Source: a phage
Strand: one strand, 5' to 3'
Length of the DNA stretch: 1,020 nucleotides
Sequence record: OR846541.1
Of the stretch, positions 1 to 1,020 are shown in pieces (position 1 is the stretch's first letter; each line of letters starts with the position of its first letter). A model generated the notes under the pieces. That model searched no databases. It was not told where the DNA came from and saw nothing but the letters and a program-made list of their open reading frames with translations. Both the position numbers and the translations under genes were made by a program.

Positions 1-551
1 GCCCTGCACTCTTCGACAGTCCAGCGATGGCGGTTATGGTTTGATTCGATTTCGTCTACCGCGGCCTGACCGATACGGTTAATAAGCTCGACGCGATACG
101 GAACGAGATTTCCGCTTTTGTGCTGGTTGCACACCACGCATTGCTTGTGAATATTGCGTTCATCAAATCGGAGTTGAGGTGCAGCAGCAGTTGTCCGGTA
201 ATGCCCGGCATCCCACTGAGCAGACGTGAGCGTTCCGCACGAGATACATGGTAAGTCGCGGTCTCTTTCTCTGATGAAGGCGTGTACGGCTTGTTGGGCT
301 TGTTTAATCCAGTAACTGCGGGGCTTTAAGGCGAGTTTTTGAATCTTAAGTTTATCTTTCTGTTTCTGCTCCTCTCGTCGTCGTTTCTTCTCTGCTGCTT
401 TTTCTGCTTTTTCGCGCTCTTTGCTTCGTCGTTCGAGTGCTATCTTGGTTCCACACTCTGGAGAGCACCACCACTGATTAGCGAATGCAGGGTGAAACCA
501 TTCCCGACATTCATCGTTTTTACATCGTCTTCGCGCTGGTTTAGCCATCAT
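1..551 (-). CDS. ninG: NinG / Rap recombination-associated structure-specific endonuclease, N-terminal 183 codons; 3' end lies beyond position 1
   Basis: Minus-strand frame opens with tandem ATG ATG at 546..551 and stays open to the window edge (183 codons plus 2 nt, no stop). Translation: [183 protein letters not shown]... This matches my recollection of lambda NinG (204 aa, begins [15 protein letters not shown]). GAGGA Shine-Dalgarno at 557..561, 5 nt upstream of the first ATG. Not in the supplied ORF track because it is edge-truncated. Confidence 0.92.
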   Translation of the reverse strand, partial: MMAKPARRRCKNDECREWFHPAFANQWWCSPECGTKIALERRSKEREKAEKAAEKKRRREEQKQKDKLKIQKLALKPRSYWIKQAQQAVHAFIRERDRDLPCISCGTLTSAQWDAGHYRTTAAAPQLRFDERNIHKQCVVCNQHKSGNLVPYRVELINRIGQAAVDEIESNHNRHRWTVEECR

Positions 552-711
552 CTTTTTCCTCGTGCATCGAGCTATTCGAATCGCTCATCAGCTCTGCGCA
601 GCAGTGCTCACACACGTGAACTTCCAGCACATGCAGCTTCTGACCGCAGTTAGCGCACGTTAAAGCCCGCTCGACGCTTTCTTGTTCGTAACTTCGATTT
701 TGGTCAATCAC
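541..711 (-). CDS. ninF: NinF, small Cys-rich protein of unknown function (56 aa), GTG start
   Basis: Minus-strand frame from GTG 709..711 to TAA 541..543 (57 codons including stop). Translation: (V/M)[55 protein letters not shown]. Matches my recollection of lambda NinF in sequence, length (171 nt) and position between ninE and ninG. GAGGA at 719..723, 7 nt upstream of GTG. Missed by the ORF track because of the non-ATG start. Confidence 0.85.
   Translation of the reverse strand: MIDQNRSYEQESVERALTCANCGQKLHVLEVHVCEHCCAELMSDSNSSMHEEKDDG
557..561 (-). promoter_or_regulatory. Shine-Dalgarno (GAGGA) for ninG, embedded in the 3' end of ninF
   Basis: Minus-strand GAGGA followed by a 5-nt spacer and the first of two tandem ATGs (549..551). 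Confidence 0.55.
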
Positions 712-890
712 CTTGTTTTCCTCGCACGTTCTCTAAGCCACCTGATGTCCCACAGGTGAGCCGTGTAATTAAAGGTTTTTACGTCAGATTCTTTGGGGAT
801 TGGCTTGCGTTTATTTCTTGAGCGTTTCGTTGGAAGGTATTTGCAGTTTTCACAGATTATATCGGTGATACTTCGTCGCTGTCGTGCCAT
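708..890 (-). CDS. ninE: NinE, small basic protein of unknown function (60 aa)
   Basis: ORF given in the supplied track and confirmed by my translation: [60 protein letters not shown]. Matches my recollection of lambda NinE (60 aa, 183 nt). AGGAGG Shine-Dalgarno at 895..900, 4 nt upstream of ATG 888..890. Stop TGA 708..710 overlaps the ninF GTG start. Confidence 0.9.
   Translation of the reverse strand: MARQRRSITDIICENCKYLPTKRSRNKRKPIPKESDVKTFNYTAHLWDIRWLRERARKTR
719..723 (-). promoter_or_regulatory. Shine-Dalgarno (GAGGA) for ninF, embedded in the 3' end of ninE
   Basis: Minus-strand GAGGA followed by a 7-nt spacer and GTG at 709..711. Confidence 0.5.
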
Positions 891-894
891 ACGT

Positions 895-900
895 CCTCCT
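895..900 (-). promoter_or_regulatory. Shine-Dalgarno (AGGAGG) for ninE
   Basis: Minus-strand AGGAGG followed by a 4-nt spacer (ACGT) and ATG at 888..890. Confidence 0.6.
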
Positions 901-924
901 TCGTCTCTGGCCGCGGGAAATTAC

Positions 925-1020
925 CTACTGGCGACCGCTCACATCTGATACACCATTGGTGCCAATAAGGTTGATTTGGCCGGAATCGATAATCGTCTTT
1001 GCTTCATGCAACTCTCCCTG
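925..1020 (-). CDS. 3' end of an upstream ORF (C-terminal 31 codons plus TAG); product not identified, sits where ninD/ninC lie in lambda
   Basis: Minus-strand frame open from the window edge to TAG at 925..927: ...[31 protein letters not shown]. Ordinary codon usage, followed by a 34-nt spacer containing the ninE AGGAGG. I do not recognise the peptide. An alternative overlapping frame exists (see findings), so the call is tentative. Confidence 0.35.
   Translation of the reverse strand, partial: QGELHEAKTIIDSGQINLIGTNGVSDVSGRQ

Larger units (their letters stand above)
1..1020 (-). mobile_element. Segment of a lambdoid phage/prophage nin region (delayed-early region between replication genes and Q in lambda-type genomes), inverted relative to the conventional lambda map
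   Basis: Three consecutive minus-strand genes whose translations I recognise as NinE, NinF and NinG, in the lambda order and with lambda-like lengths and overlaps. Established knowledge recalled from memory, not a database hit. Confidence 0.8.

Noticed and set aside
181-190. Trinucleotide runs: gcagcagcag at 181..190 and tcgtcgtcg at 375..383
   Set aside because: Three-unit runs only. They are explained by coding for Ala-Ala-Ala and Arg-Arg-Arg in NinG, and are not a tandem-repeat or CRISPR-like array.
339-653. Plus-strand 104-aa ORF from the supplied track ([25 protein letters not shown]...)
   Set aside because: It lies entirely antisense to the well-supported ninG/ninF coding sequence. 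Its product is low-complexity F/L/S/C-rich, as expected from the complement of a K/E/R-rich coding tract, and it has no recognisable ribosome-binding site. Most likely a non-coding antisense frame.
661-680. Short inverted repeat on the minus strand (AAAGC-gtcgagcgg-GCTTT) that could be read as a hairpin
   Set aside because: Only a 5-bp stem with a 9-nt loop and no following U-run, and it lies inside the ninF coding sequence. Not a credible intrinsic terminator. I found no convincing rho-independent terminator or sigma70 promoter anywhere in the window, consistent with read-through transcription of an operon.
911-916. CCGCGG palindrome in the ninE upstream spacer
   Set aside because: A single 6-bp palindrome (a restriction-site-type sequence) is expected by chance; there is no flanking symmetry suggesting an operator.
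942-1007. Minus-strand mini-ORF with an ATG at 1005..1007 ([22 protein letters not shown], 22 aa)
   Set aside because: Too short, no Shine-Dalgarno, and it overlaps the more plausible Frame A ORF end. Nothing supports it as a gene.
1-1020. Possibility that the window encodes a novel or undescribed defence or accessory system
   Set aside because: All coding capacity is accounted for by three recognisable lambda nin genes plus the tail of one upstream ORF, tightly packed with no extra cargo. Only the 96-bp upstream ORF fragment is unidentified, and that is too little sequence to support any claim of a new system.

Overview
Read on the minus strand, this 1020-bp window is a contiguous piece of a lambda-type phage or prophage 'nin' region, and I see no evidence of a new defence system or other undescribed module. 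Gene order on the minus strand is: 3' end of an unidentified upstream ORF (925..1020) -> ninE (708..890) -> ninF (541..711, GTG start) -> ninG/rap (1..551, runs off the window edge). The supplied ORF track captured only ninE; it misses ninG (edge-truncated) and ninF (GTG start), and its 104-aa plus-strand ORF 339..653 is an antisense artefact of the ninG/ninF coding sequence. Identification rests on my own translation of the minus strand and on recognising the proteins from memory as the lambda NinG, NinF and NinE families; no database search was run. The points worth a second look are modest: the functionally uncharacterised small Cys-containing proteins NinE and NinF, the Cys/His nuclease-like motifs in NinG, the overlapped gene junctions, and an ambiguous, possibly mosaic, boundary upstream of ninE.
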